From: an uncultured Cryomorphaceae bacterium
Lineage (GTDB): Bacteria > Bacteroidota > Bacteroidia > Flavobacteriales > UBA7430
Direction: 5' to 3'
Length of the DNA: 64,000 nt
Assembly: GCA_964516765.1 (NCBI GenBank)
Contig: CAZEWZ010000007.1
Location: 4,828 to 68,827 of the forward strand
Of the stretch, positions 10,616 through 20,135 are shown piece after piece. Numbering within the stretch: the first letter of the stretch is position 1; each line of letters opens with the position of its first letter. A model generated the notes under the pieces. It was not told the DNA's origin. It was given only the letters and a program-made list of their open reading frames with translations, and did no database searches. The translations under genes and the position numbers were made by a program.

Positions 10616-13600
10616 ATGAAAAAAGCAGTATTTATTTCTTGTATGTTAAGTATTAATGCCTTTGCTCAAAATACTTCTCTACAATTGTTAGAAAACACAT
10701 CCCGATCAAGTCAATTTATTTTTCAAACTGGAGCGCTTGAATTTAAGACATCTGAATTCCAAAATGATTATTTCACTCTATTAGAGATGGAAGGCATGAC
10801 AAAATCTTACGACATAGGTAATCCAGACCTTCCAGTATTTACCAAGTTGATTGAAGTCCCAGCCGAGGGAGATATTTCGATTGATATATTTCAAAAGAAT
10901 TTTATTGAGATTGATCTAGCTCAAGTGGGTTTTCCTTATCAAGTATTCCCCTCACAGCCTTCCAGAAGTAAAAAGCACCTAGCGGCAGAAATACGCTTAA
11001 TTTTCAATAATCAGACTTACTCTGTAGATGAATTTTATTCTCAAGATCTAATTTCAGTCGAGAGAATTGGAGTGATGCGAGGAAAGTCCATTGCTAGATT
11101 GCAAATTGCACCATTATCATACAACCCTCTAACGAATTCTATATTAGAGGTAGAATATATCCAATTTAATTTAGCATTTGAAAATTCTATTCAACCGGTA
11201 AAGTCTGTCTATCAATCTCCATCATTTGAAACACATTTTTCCAAGTTAGCCAATCAGAGCTATTCTAAAAGCAATTTTTCTAATGCTCCTATACAAATGA
11301 TTCTTCTTGCGGACCCCATGTTTGAAGATGCTTTACAAGATTTTATACAATGGAAAACAAGGAAAGGAATTCAAGTTATTGAGGTATATAAAGGTCAAGA
11401 TGGCGTTGGAAATACTGCAGAATCAATGAAAGCCTATGTACAATCTATCTATGAAAATGCCACAGATGATACTGGTGCTCCCACTTATTTGTTAATCGTT
11501 GGGGACCATGAACAAATGCCGAGTTTTGATGAAGGGCAGCATGTCTCAGATATGTATTATTGTGAGTTTGATGGAGATGGAGATTACCTGCCTGAAATGT
11601 TTTATGGTCGGTTTTCAGCTAATTCAGTGTCAGAACTTTTACCTCAAATTGAGAAAACTCTTCAATATGAGCAATATACCATGTCTGACCCTACCTATTT
11701 AGATGAAATGCTCATGGTAGCAGGAGTAGATTCTTACTTTGCCTCGACTCATGGAAACGGTCAAATAAATTATGGTACTGATTATTATTTTAATTCCGCA
11801 CATGATTTAACTACCCATACTTTTTTGTATCCTGAGTCTGATACCCAAGCTGCGGAACAAGCAATTGTTGACCATATTAGTGAAGGAGTTGGTTTTGCAA
11901 ATTATACTGCTCATTGTGGACCAGCTGGTTGGTCAGACCCTTCTTTTGAAGTGTATGATGTTATCTCTCTTCAAAATGAAGACCAATACGGTCTATTCAT
12001 TGGTAATTGTTGCCAATCTAATACTTTTGATGGAACTACCTGTTTAGGGGAAGCCCTCCTTCGAGCAGAAAAGAAAGGTGCAGTAGGATATATTGGTGCT
12101 ACAAACAACACCCTTTGGGATGAAGATTTTTATTGGGGCGTTGGAAATGGGCCTATATCAGCTAATCCTACCTATAACGAATCCTCTGCGGCAGTTTATG
12201 ACTGCACTTTTCATGAAAATGAAGAGGTCGAAGAAATTTGGACAATCACTCAAGGTCAGATGCTTCAGGCAGGAAATTGGGCTGTTTCTGAGTCTAATGC
12301 AGATGATAAGTATTACTGGGAAATATATATGTTAATGGGAGACCCAACAGTACTTACTTATTATGGTAGGCCATCAATCCTTGAAGTAGTGCATTCAGAT
12401 GTATTGCCTCTTGGCGCATCAAGTCTAAATATTTCTACAGAGCAATATACTTATGTAGCAATCAATCAATCTGGAGTCCTATTAGATGCTTCATATTCTG
12501 ATGTATCTGGAGATGTAACTCTTTCTTTTGATCCGCTTAACAACATCGATCCTATAGAAATTGTTGCCAGCAAACAAAATAAACAAATATATATATCAGA
12601 AGTTAATGTCATTGCTTCAGATGCACCATTTATTGTGTATTCTGGATTGAGTATCAATGATGGAGATTCAGGTAATGGACTAGCTGAATCTGGAGAAAGT
12701 TTTAATGTAGATGTTAATCTTCATAATTATGGTGTGGAACCATCAAGTTCTCTTCAATTTACTGTTAATACTAGTAATTCTGATGTGGTTATCAGTTCAA
12801 ACCCAATTTCTATTGAAGATATGCCTGGTGAAGGAGACACAACAATAATAGATGCTTTTTCCATTGAATTACAAGGTATGTTCCAGGATCAAGATCCCGT
12901 TTCTCTTATTTTTACTGTTTCAGATGCAGAAGGTAACGAATGGATTACTTATGGAAGTTTCTTAGTCAATGCTCCATTCTTAGATGTCAGTTCTCACAGT
13001 TTAAATGATTCAGATGAAAATGGTTTTCTAGATTTTGGAGAATCAGCCGAATTATATCTATATCTTAACAATACCGGACATGCCAATAGCTCCGGGGGTA
13101 TTGCCAGTATATCGTCCGATTTCAGTTATTTAGAAATATTAGACAATGAAGTTTCTTTTGACGCATTTGCTCAAGGCCAACAAAGTATATTATCATTTCC
13201 TATCATGTTATCCGATGATGCACCCCCAGGTCAATCTTATTCCATAAATATTGATATAATTAACGAAGAGGGCTATTCGGATGCGTATTCGGTGACTTTT
13301 GAAACATCAAATTGTCCTTTGGCAGCAATGGAAGTCGAATTAAATTTAGCCACTGATTGGTTTGCTGATGAGATATTATGGCAGCTTTCTAATACTCAAG
13401 GGGAAGTTATAGGCTTTGCTGATTTTAATTCCTTAGAAAGTCAAACGACTTATCAGGATTTATTTTGTATTATTCCTAATTCGTATTTGACATTTACAAT
13501 AGAAGATAATTATGGAGATGGATTAAATTCCGAGGGTTATACTATCACGGTTTGTGGCCAAACTATTGCGTCAGGAAGTGATTATGGTAATGGTGAATCA

Positions 13601-13966
13601 ATATCTTTTATTGCTGGGTGTGACCAATCTTTGATGTTAGGATGTACTAATATTGAAGCTGCTAATTATAATGAAGCTGCTATTGTTGAAGACGGTTCTT
13701 GTGAATCTGGTATTGGATTTACAGAGCTGGAAAATAAGCTTATTATTTTCCCAAATCCGGCAAAAAATATACTCTTTGTTCGCAGCGAAGGTTTACTTAT
13801 TGAGTCACTTTATGTTATGGATCTGTCTGGTAAGAAGTTAATTTCTTTTTTTCCCATTGACGGTCTCCAAGAGATTAATTTAATGGGACTTGATGTAGGA
13901 TCATATCTCATTATTGTACAAACCTTAGATGGACTATCGATTAGAAAAAGTTTAATCATACACTAA
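10616..13966 (+). CDS. Gingipain (peptidase C25, Kgp-like) with propeptide, Ig-like repeats and T9SS type A C-terminal domain
   Basis: Signal peptide; propeptide GNPDLP; VGFANYTAH, IGNCC, GAVGYIG, WDEDFYW, LMGDP; C-terminal IFPNPAK...YLIIV...SIRKSLIIH. Confidence 0.92.
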   Translation: MKKAVFISCMLSINAFAQNTSLQLLENTSRSSQFIFQTGALEFKTSEFQNDYFTLLEMEGMTKSYDIGNPDLPVFTKLIEVPAEGDISIDIFQKNFIEIDLAQVGFPYQVFPSQPSRSKKHLAAEIRLIFNNQTYSVDEFYSQDLISVERIGVMRGKSIARLQIAPLSYNPLTNSILEVEYIQFNLAFENSIQPVKSVYQSPSFETHFSKLANQSYSKSNFSNAPIQMILLADPMFEDALQDFIQWKTRKGIQVIEVYKGQDGVGNTAESMKAYVQSIYENATDDTGAPTYLLIVGDHEQMPSFDEGQHVSDMYYCEFDGDGDYLPEMFYGRFSANSVSELLPQIEKTLQYEQYTMSDPTYLDEMLMVAGVDSYFASTHGNGQINYGTDYYFNSAHDLTTHTFLYPESDTQAAEQAIVDHISEGVGFANYTAHCGPAGWSDPSFEVYDVISLQNEDQYGLFIGNCCQSNTFDGTTCLGEALLRAEKKGAVGYIGATNNTLWDEDFYWGVGNGPISANPTYNESSAAVYDCTFHENEEVEEIWTITQGQMLQAGNWAVSESNADDKYYWEIYMLMGDPTVLTYYGRPSILEVVHSDVLPLGASSLNISTEQYTYVAINQSGVLLDASYSDVSGDVTLSFDPLNNIDPIEIVASKQNKQIYISEVNVIASDAPFIVYSGLSINDGDSGNGLAESGESFNVDVNLHNYGVEPSSSLQFTVNTSNSDVVISSNPISIEDMPGEGDTTIIDAFSIELQGMFQDQDPVSLIFTVSDAEGNEWITYGSFLVNAPFLDVSSHSLNDSDENGFLDFGESAELYLYLNNTGHANSSGGIASISSDFSYLEILDNEVSFDAFAQGQQSILSFPIMLSDDAPPGQSYSINIDIINEEGYSDAYSVTFETSNCPLAAMEVELNLATDWFADEILWQLSNTQGEVIGFADFNSLESQTTYQDLFCIIPNSYLTFTIEDNYGDGLNSEGYTITVCGQTIASGSDYGNGESISFIAGCDQSLMLGCTNIEAANYNEAAIVEDGSCESGIGFTELENKLIIFPNPAKNILFVRSEGLLIESLYVMDLSGKKLISFFPIDGLQEINLMGLDVGSYLIIVQTLDGLSIRKSLIIH

Positions 13967-13974
13967 AATGTTAT

Positions 13975-14003
13975 AAAAAAGGCTTGCGTTAGGAAGCTTT
14001 TTT
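13975..14003. terminator. Probable bidirectional intrinsic terminator between the convergent protease and ABC operon
   Basis: AAAAAAGGCTT-GCGTTAGG-AAGCTTTTTT hairpin with A and T tracts. Confidence 0.6.
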
Positions 14004-14017
14004 AATAGCCTTGGGGA

Positions 14018-15145
14018 CTAAAAGCTCATTTGAAGTCTGGTAAATAAGATTTTATTTATACTTTCTAATTCCTCACTTAGTTTCATCCACGTACTCTGGC
14101 TACTGATTATTAAATCCAGGGAATCAGATACGGAGCAGATGATTTGTGGGTTCAGAAAGACAAAGTCTAATTTCCCGTCATGAATTACTGCGGCCCCAAT
14201 TTGCACTAAAGGATGAAGTGGGTAATTAATTTGATACAGAAAATTATATTGAAACGGCATAGGGTTTTTCGCAGAAATTTTGGGTGAAAAAAGAGTAAAT
14301 GGACTGAAAGCCTCCACTTGATTCCTATATAAACAACCTATGCTAAGATACAAACCACTCTTAAAACTATAGTCACTACTGATACTTCCAAGCCAAGAGT
14401 ATTCTGATGTATTAAAATTTGAGAATGACGCAAATTCTCCTTTAAATCCTGCACCCTTTATTTGTCCAGCCCATCCGATACCTAAACTATAGTCGTCAAA
14501 ATACTTCCCTGCCAGGATTTGAAAATCATAGCTTTTTATATTAAAATTATAGAGTCCAGCCATAATATCTTTGTTTAAGGCCCACTCAACAGACTCGTTA
14601 TTTTTTCTAAAATACTCAATTCTCAAGGCATCTGCTCCTGGCCTTTCTATATAGTCGAAGTCAAAAAAGTCAGTTTGATTGAATAAATCATGAGAGTTCC
14701 AGTAATTTTGAATTCCCCAGTTTATTCTTTGTCTTCCATATCGGATTTTCCATTTTCCATTTTCCCATTGTGCGTATAATCGATCTATTTGATGGTGAAT
14801 CCCAAGTTTTTTTTCTTGTAAAGAACTGAATTGTAATGATGATGTTTCCAAGCCATCTCTGAAATTAAATAAATTTTCTTCCCACTGATAGCCCGAAAAT
14901 AATCGGTTTCTTACACTAATGTGAGCGCTCAAATGGTCTTCGTGGTAAATATGCCCATTCCATCTAAAATGAATTTGTTGATCTCTCCAGTCGGATGGAA
15001 TAGAAATCAAGTCGCTTAATTCTGGATTATAAAATTGAAAGCTGTTTAAATTGCTAGCGTAGTAGTTATGTTCGAAAATAGTTTGGGCCTGAAGCCATTG
15101 AAATATTGACAAGCATAAAATCAGAATATATTTAAACTGATTCAT
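14018..15145 (-). CDS. Putative outer-membrane beta-barrel protein of the ABC/LolA-like operon (start likely 15145)
   Basis: Signal peptide MNQFKYILILCLSIFQWLQAQ; IDRLY, YGRQRINWG and ERPGADALR alternating strands; C-terminal Phe (TRLQMSF). Confidence 0.65.
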   Translation of the reverse strand: MNQFKYILILCLSIFQWLQAQTIFEHNYYASNLNSFQFYNPELSDLISIPSDWRDQQIHFRWNGHIYHEDHLSAHISVRNRLFSGYQWEENLFNFRDGLETSSLQFSSLQEKKLGIHHQIDRLYAQWENGKWKIRYGRQRINWGIQNYWNSHDLFNQTDFFDFDYIERPGADALRIEYFRKNNESVEWALNKDIMAGLYNFNIKSYDFQILAGKYFDDYSLGIGWAGQIKGAGFKGEFASFSNFNTSEYSWLGSISSDYSFKSGLYLSIGCLYRNQVEAFSPFTLFSPKISAKNPMPFQYNFLYQINYPLHPLVQIGAAVIHDGKLDFVFLNPQIICSVSDSLDLIISSQSTWMKLSEELESINKILFTRLQMSF

Positions 15146-15815
15146 CACTAATGATTTTTCCATCTTCTATTGTTATAATTCTTTTTGCTTTATCAATAAC
15201 TCTTTGGTCGTGAGTGGAAAACAAAAAGGTGATATTTTCTTTTTCATTCATTTCTGCCATGATGTCTAGCAAAGTTGAGGTAGAACTACTGTCTAAGTTG
15301 GCAGTAGGCTCATCCGCAAGAATAAATCTAGGTTTTGAGGCTAGGGCTCTGGCGACTGCTACTCTTTGTTGTTGTCCACCAGACAATTGGTTAGGACGTG
15401 ATTTTAGTTTTTCAGACAATCCTACTTCAATTAAAAGCTCTTTACTTCTTTTTTTTCGGTCTTTTTCAGGAATTCCCTGAAGAAGCATTATGAATTCTAC
15501 ATTTTCTTGGGCCGTAAGTACTGGAATAAGATTATATGCCTGAAAGACAAATCCAATGTTTTTTAGCCGAAAGTCAATCATGTCATTTTCATTAAGGGAA
15601 CTAATATCTTTTCCGTCAATTTCTACAATCCCTTCACTTATTGAATCTAATCCACCAATCATATTTAGTAGCGTTGTTTTCCCAGACCCTGAAGGGCCTA
15701 CTATTGCTGTAAATTCTCCTTGATGAATACTCAAATCTACTTGCTGAACAGCTCTTACCTCCAAGTCATTATTTTTGTAAATTTTGCTAAGCTTAGTGGT
15801 TTTTATAATTTCCAT
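15132..15815 (-). CDS. ABC transporter ATP-binding protein (LolD/MacB-like)
   Basis: GPSGSGKTT Walker A, LSGGQQQRVAVARA signature, ILADEPTANLD. Confidence 0.95.
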   Translation of the reverse strand: MEIIKTTKLSKIYKNNDLEVRAVQQVDLSIHQGEFTAIVGPSGSGKTTLLNMIGGLDSISEGIVEIDGKDISSLNENDMIDFRLKNIGFVFQAYNLIPVLTAQENVEFIMLLQGIPEKDRKKRSKELLIEVGLSEKLKSRPNQLSGGQQQRVAVARALASKPRFILADEPTANLDSSSTSTLLDIMAEMNEKENITFLFSTHDQRVIDKAKRIITIEDGKIISDESV

Positions 15816-15816
15816 A

Positions 15817-17034
15817 TTAAAGAGTTCTAATTGCTTCGGTTGGTTTTAATTTAAGTGCTTTTTTGGAGGGATATATTGCTGCTATGAGTGTGAACAGAAA
15901 AACCATCAAACCAATAAATAAATAGAATTTTGGCTCAATCACTGGATATATATGGTTGGATAGGCCTACAGACTCCAGGCCATCCCCTACAATAGAAAGA
16001 TCAATACCTGTTTTTGATGTAATGCTAATAGTTAAGAAACCTAATAGCATACCAGTTGGAGCCCCGACTATTGAGAGAAATAGTGTTTCTATAATAATCA
16101 AAGAAAAAACTTTAGATTTATTCATGCCAATGGCCATAAGCATTCCTAATTCTTTTCTTCTTTCAAAAACAGCCATAAGCATGGTATTGATGATTCCGAA
16201 AATAAGTGCCAACATGATAATAATCATAATCAAGAACAGCCAGGTTTCCATTACTTCGTCTGCATATGCAAGTTCAGGTGAAATAGCTTTCCAATCTTTT
16301 ATAACATAGCCATCTAATTTACATTCTAAGGCGATTTGAGTTAGATCAACATCTTTTAAGCTAGTACACAAAATGGCTACTTGATGATAGCCTGTATTCT
16401 TGATAAGACGATGTAAATCTTTATTTTCAACGAATAAATGGCTCTCATCGTATTTACTATATTGGGTTTTGTAAATCCCACAGATTCGAAAAGCACCTGT
16501 AATAATATTGTTTTCATTGTCTTGAAATGTCAAAACTACCTTTGAATTTATACGAACATTCAACTTTTCTGCCAATGATTCCCCAATGAGCAATGCATTT
16601 TTTCTCTTTGTGTCAAAATAAGTCCCTTTTTTAAGGTTATTAATAATGTTACTAACCTCTTTTTCTTGAGTTCGGTTAACTCCTATAATTTGAACCCCAT
16701 TACTCTTCACTGGCGAGCTGACCATTCCAAACATCATTGATCGAAGTGCATAAGCCTTTATTTTGTCTTCTTTATCAAGAGTTTCAGTCAGAGCATCAAT
16801 ATTATCAAGAACATATTTATTCTCAAAGTCATTATCGTATTCTGGGTGAAGAATCTGAATGTGTGATGTGTAGTTTTGAATACTACTGAGTGTGCGTTGT
16901 TTGTTCAGTCCATAGCAAAAGGCTACAACAAATATTCCTGCCCAGATTCCTAGTACAATAGAACTGATCACAATCATTGAACGAAGGGGAGTTCGCCAGA
17001 TATTTCTCCAAGCAATTTTTATAGTTGTTTTCAT
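15817..17034 (-). CDS. ABC transporter permease, FtsX/MacB (LolC/E-like) family
   Basis: AWRNIWR...RS N-terminus, large periplasmic domain, ERRKELGMLMAIGM, C-terminal LKPTEAIR. Confidence 0.92.
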   Translation of the reverse strand: MKTTIKIAWRNIWRTPLRSMIVISSIVLGIWAGIFVVAFCYGLNKQRTLSSIQNYTSHIQILHPEYDNDFENKYVLDNIDALTETLDKEDKIKAYALRSMMFGMVSSPVKSNGVQIIGVNRTQEKEVSNIINNLKKGTYFDTKRKNALLIGESLAEKLNVRINSKVVLTFQDNENNIITGAFRICGIYKTQYSKYDESHLFVENKDLHRLIKNTGYHQVAILCTSLKDVDLTQIALECKLDGYVIKDWKAISPELAYADEVMETWLFLIMIIIMLALIFGIINTMLMAVFERRKELGMLMAIGMNKSKVFSLIIIETLFLSIVGAPTGMLLGFLTISITSKTGIDLSIVGDGLESVGLSNHIYPVIEPKFYLFIGLMVFLFTLIAAIYPSKKALKLKPTEAIRTL

Positions 17035-18257
17035 TAAACTTTCATTGCTTTAACTGGTTGAAGTCGCAGAATAGTTATGATAGGGTAAATACAACATAGC
17101 AAGACAATAAACAATACTATACAAGAATGGTTGAAAGCTATATTTATATCTAGAGAGGCGGGAATAATCGGTTCAAAACCAAAAGCTTCAATCGATTCAG
17201 CCGCTTTTTCCTGTAGTCGAATCGGATTTAAATAAAAATAATATCGGACTGGACTTACACCAATTACCCCCAGAATAACTCCTAATAGTCCCATCATTAG
17301 ACTCTCTAAGAGTAGGGTAATAATTAGTCTTCCTTTCTTCATCCCAATCGATACCAAAATCCCAAATTCATACATGCGTTCCGCAGTCATCATAACAAGA
17401 GTTCCTAATATTCCCAAAGTTATAATCATGTAAAGGATCCCCAGAATAATAATTCCTCCAGCACTGTCGGCCTGAATAGTTTGAACCAATTCGGGAAGCA
17501 GACTTCTCCAGTCTAGAAGCTCGTATTTGTCCAAATTCATTTTTTTGAGTAGTGAGTTTTTAGTTCTACTCAGTTTCGAAGGCTCATCAATTTGTAGTAC
17601 GAGTGAAGTAAGCCGTCTAGGAGCATCATAAAGCTCTTGTGCTGCAAGAAGTGGCATGAATATCATTCTGTCGTTAAGGTTAGGCACGGGGAGTCTAATA
17701 ATTCCTTGTATACGAAATATTCCATTTGCACTAGCACCATGATAGCCTTGTCCCATTAGAATTAGACTGTCTCCTACTTCAAGATTGTAATATTCAGCTA
17801 ATCCTTCACTCAAAAGAATGGCATCGCAAGTGCTCAATGGAAATTCTCCAGCTTGCATTTTAGAACGCAACTTCATTAGTTGGTCTTCCTTGTAGAAGTC
17901 TACCCCCATTACAATCGCACCTTTTGTTAAATTATTGGACACCGTTAATGCGAAGCTTTCTAGTCGCTCATTGAAATTGCCAATATTTTCCGATGTATTA
18001 ATCAGGTCTAGAAGTTCAGCATCAAGGACAAAGCTATTATCTATGCTTTGTTCTTTCCAGAATCCATTTTGATGCACTTGAAGATAACCGGTATACATGC
18101 CTACCATATTTTCAATCATCTTATTATATACTCCAATTTGGAAAGATCTAGCAAATACAGCAAAAAAAACTGCAAAAAATATTGAGGAAATAGTAATAAC
18201 ACTTCTTCGTTTATTTCTCCAAATATTTCTCCATGCCATAAAAAAGATCATTTTCAT
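17034..18257 (-). CDS. ABC transporter permease, FtsX/MacB (LolC/E-like) family
   Basis: AWRNIWRNKRRS, ERMYEFGILVSIGM, C-terminal LQPVKAM; paralog of the adjacent permease. Confidence 0.92.
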   Translation of the reverse strand: MKMIFFMAWRNIWRNKRRSVITISSIFFAVFFAVFARSFQIGVYNKMIENMVGMYTGYLQVHQNGFWKEQSIDNSFVLDAELLDLINTSENIGNFNERLESFALTVSNNLTKGAIVMGVDFYKEDQLMKLRSKMQAGEFPLSTCDAILLSEGLAEYYNLEVGDSLILMGQGYHGASANGIFRIQGIIRLPVPNLNDRMIFMPLLAAQELYDAPRRLTSLVLQIDEPSKLSRTKNSLLKKMNLDKYELLDWRSLLPELVQTIQADSAGGIIILGILYMIITLGILGTLVMMTAERMYEFGILVSIGMKKGRLIITLLLESLMMGLLGVILGVIGVSPVRYYFYLNPIRLQEKAAESIEAFGFEPIIPASLDINIAFNHSCIVLFIVLLCCIYPIITILRLQPVKAMKV

Positions 18258-19003
18258 TAGCGAAGTCTTTTCATATTTTGTTTGGTAAAAAAGTTCTCTT
18301 CAATATCCACATCAAAAGTCAGAGATCTATATTTAAGAATTGTTTTTTGCCCCTCCTCTTCTATTGGTTTCATGACTATTATGGAGGGAATAAGTTTATC
18401 TCCAAATAATTCGATTTTTGACGCAGTCATTTGGTTAATTAAAAATCCGTCTTCATCATAAAATTCTGAGGAGAGCTGCAGATAGTCTTCTTTATCAATG
18501 AAGGATCGAATTTTTCCCCAGACTACAGGTGCGTCAGGCTTTGGAGTAAGCTCAATACCGAAACAAGGCCTTCCAAGTAATATTGTATCTCCGATAATTT
18601 TATGTGTATAATCCATTAAGATTGAGGACTCCTTGACTAAATCATCATTAGTAAAGTCCGACCCCATCCATGATTGCATCATCATTGATGGAGGTAGTTT
18701 AATTGTTTTTTCAATTTTTGGCTGCCAATTCCAGATTTCTTTATCTCTTTTCAGGAATACCGAACCTTTATCTCTGGATGGAGATTCTAGAAGAATGAAT
18801 GAATATTCTGTTCCCAGAGACCAGACCTTGATATCCATTATTCTGGACCATTTAGGTCTTTTCACTTCGATGCTTATTTCAGCTATTGTGCTATTTCCTC
18901 TGATGTGATCTTCGGAGCGCCTAATAATTTCTGTTGCATCTTGCGCTTGACTTAAAAGTGAAAAAGCTAGAGATATTAGGGAAAGTAGTGAAGTATTATT
19001 CAT
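18257..19003 (-). CDS. Outer membrane lipoprotein-sorting protein (LolA-like family; start likely 19003)
   Basis: Signal peptide MNNTSLLSLISLAFSLLSQAQ; SWMGSDFTNDDL motif; C-terminal FFTKQNMKRLR. Confidence 0.88.
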   Translation of the reverse strand: MNNTSLLSLISLAFSLLSQAQDATEIIRRSEDHIRGNSTIAEISIEVKRPKWSRIMDIKVWSLGTEYSFILLESPSRDKGSVFLKRDKEIWNWQPKIEKTIKLPPSMMMQSWMGSDFTNDDLVKESSILMDYTHKIIGDTILLGRPCFGIELTPKPDAPVVWGKIRSFIDKEDYLQLSSEFYDEDGFLINQMTASKIELFGDKLIPSIIVMKPIEEEGQKTILKYRSLTFDVDIEENFFTKQNMKRLR

Positions 19004-19004
19004 A

Positions 19005-19472
19005 TTAGTATTTGATTCCAAGTTTATTGTATAAGAATGCAATTAACCAAGCAGGTCCAATTAATAAAAATTTCAGATCCTCGAAAAAAGAAGGTTTTAC
19101 TCCTTCTATTTGATGCCCAATAAATTGCCCTATCCATGCAAGTACAAAAAGCACTATTGAGATCTCAAGCGTATAGTCTGTATTGTTAAGAAAACTAATA
19201 GCAATTCCGCACAAAAATGTGAAAAACCCAACACCGACAAACATTGGGAATGATAATTTTAGATAAAAAATCATTCCAAATATGACAAATAGGCTAGCGA
19301 GGTTTGAAAATTCATAAGGAATTATTGTTTCCAATAAAGTAATATGGATTTGAGAAAGTAACGCTAACAGCGAAAAGAATATCACAGGCACACAAATCCA
19401 ATGAATGTGTTTATTTGATTTGTTTTGATGACTTTCGCCGTATTTGTCGAGCCAATCTTGAATGTCGGTCAT
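19005..19472 (-). CDS. DUF962/Mpo1-like membrane protein
   Basis: SHQNKSNKHIHWICVP, QFIGHQIEGVKPSF and LLIGPAW motifs; several hydrophobic helices. Confidence 0.88.
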   Translation of the reverse strand: MTDIQDWLDKYGESHQNKSNKHIHWICVPVIFFSLLALLSQIHITLLETIIPYEFSNLASLFVIFGMIFYLKLSFPMFVGVGFFTFLCGIAISFLNNTDYTLEISIVLFVLAWIGQFIGHQIEGVKPSFFEDLKFLLIGPAWLIAFLYNKLGIKY

Positions 19473-19514
19473 AAGTTGATGGTAAATATTTTGGAAAAAG
19501 GCTGATGACGAAAT

Positions 19515-20027
19515 TTATGATACTCTGAAGTTGAAAGTAAATTCACTCAAATCTTCATTAGCTTTGATTATTTTTTCTTTCAGAGATTCTTTATAAACAA
19601 GTAGCTTTTCCATCACCTCTTTATCTCCTGTAGCAATCATTTGAACAGCTAAAATAGCTGCATTTAAAGAGGCGTCTAATCCAACCGTTGCTACAGGTAT
19701 TCCGGGAGGCATCTGAAGAATAGACAAAATAGAATCCCAGCCGTCAATGGAAATTGAAGACCTACAAGGTACGCCAATAATTGGGAGCGGTGTAAATGCG
19801 GCCATTACTCCTGGAAGATGAGCTGCACCTCCTGCTCCGGCGATAATTACTTTAACTCCTTCCTTAGATGCTTTTGAGGCGTAGGCTTCTACTTGTTTTG
19901 GGGTCCTATGTGCCGAAAGCGCATTAACCTCGAAGGGGATTTCCATGTCATTTAAAAACTTCGCGGCCTTTTGCATTACGGGCCAATCTGAAGTACTTCC
20001 CATAATAATACTTACCATTGCTTTCAT
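19515..20027 (-). CDS. purE: N5-carboxyaminoimidazole ribonucleotide mutase (start likely 20027)
   Basis: IIMGSTSD, SAHRTP, AGGAAHLPG, QMPPGIPVATV; the -7 box at 20042-20049 lies inside the longer ORF, favouring the shorter start. Confidence 0.95.
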   Translation of the reverse strand: MKAMVSIIMGSTSDWPVMQKAAKFLNDMEIPFEVNALSAHRTPKQVEAYASKASKEGVKVIIAGAGGAAHLPGVMAAFTPLPIIGVPCRSSISIDGWDSILSILQMPPGIPVATVGLDASLNAAILAVQMIATGDKEVMEKLLVYKESLKEKIIKANEDLSEFTFNFRVS

Positions 20028-20041
20028 AGTTATCTTTTTTA

Positions 20042-20049
20042 CAAAAGTA
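20042..20049 (-). promoter_or_regulatory. Bacteroidota -7 box for purE and possibly the downstream operon
   Basis: TACTTTTG on the minus strand. Confidence 0.55.
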
Positions 20050-20122
20050 ATGAATTGAACCAATTCAAAAAAAAGTATGTTTTTATTATTTTTCCTGTGT
20101 AAAGTAATTATTTAATAAAATG

Positions 20123-20130
20123 TATTTTTG
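20123..20130 (+). promoter_or_regulatory. Bacteroidota -7 box for the hpt-adk-obgE operon
   Basis: TATTTTTG immediately before the hpt ATG, implying a very short leader. Confidence 0.45.
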
Positions 20131-20135
20131 TTTAT

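Noticed and set aside
19515-20063. purE without adjacent purK; longer 20063 start
   Set aside because: A stand-alone purE is not unusual and purK may lie elsewhere; the longer start overlaps the promoter box.
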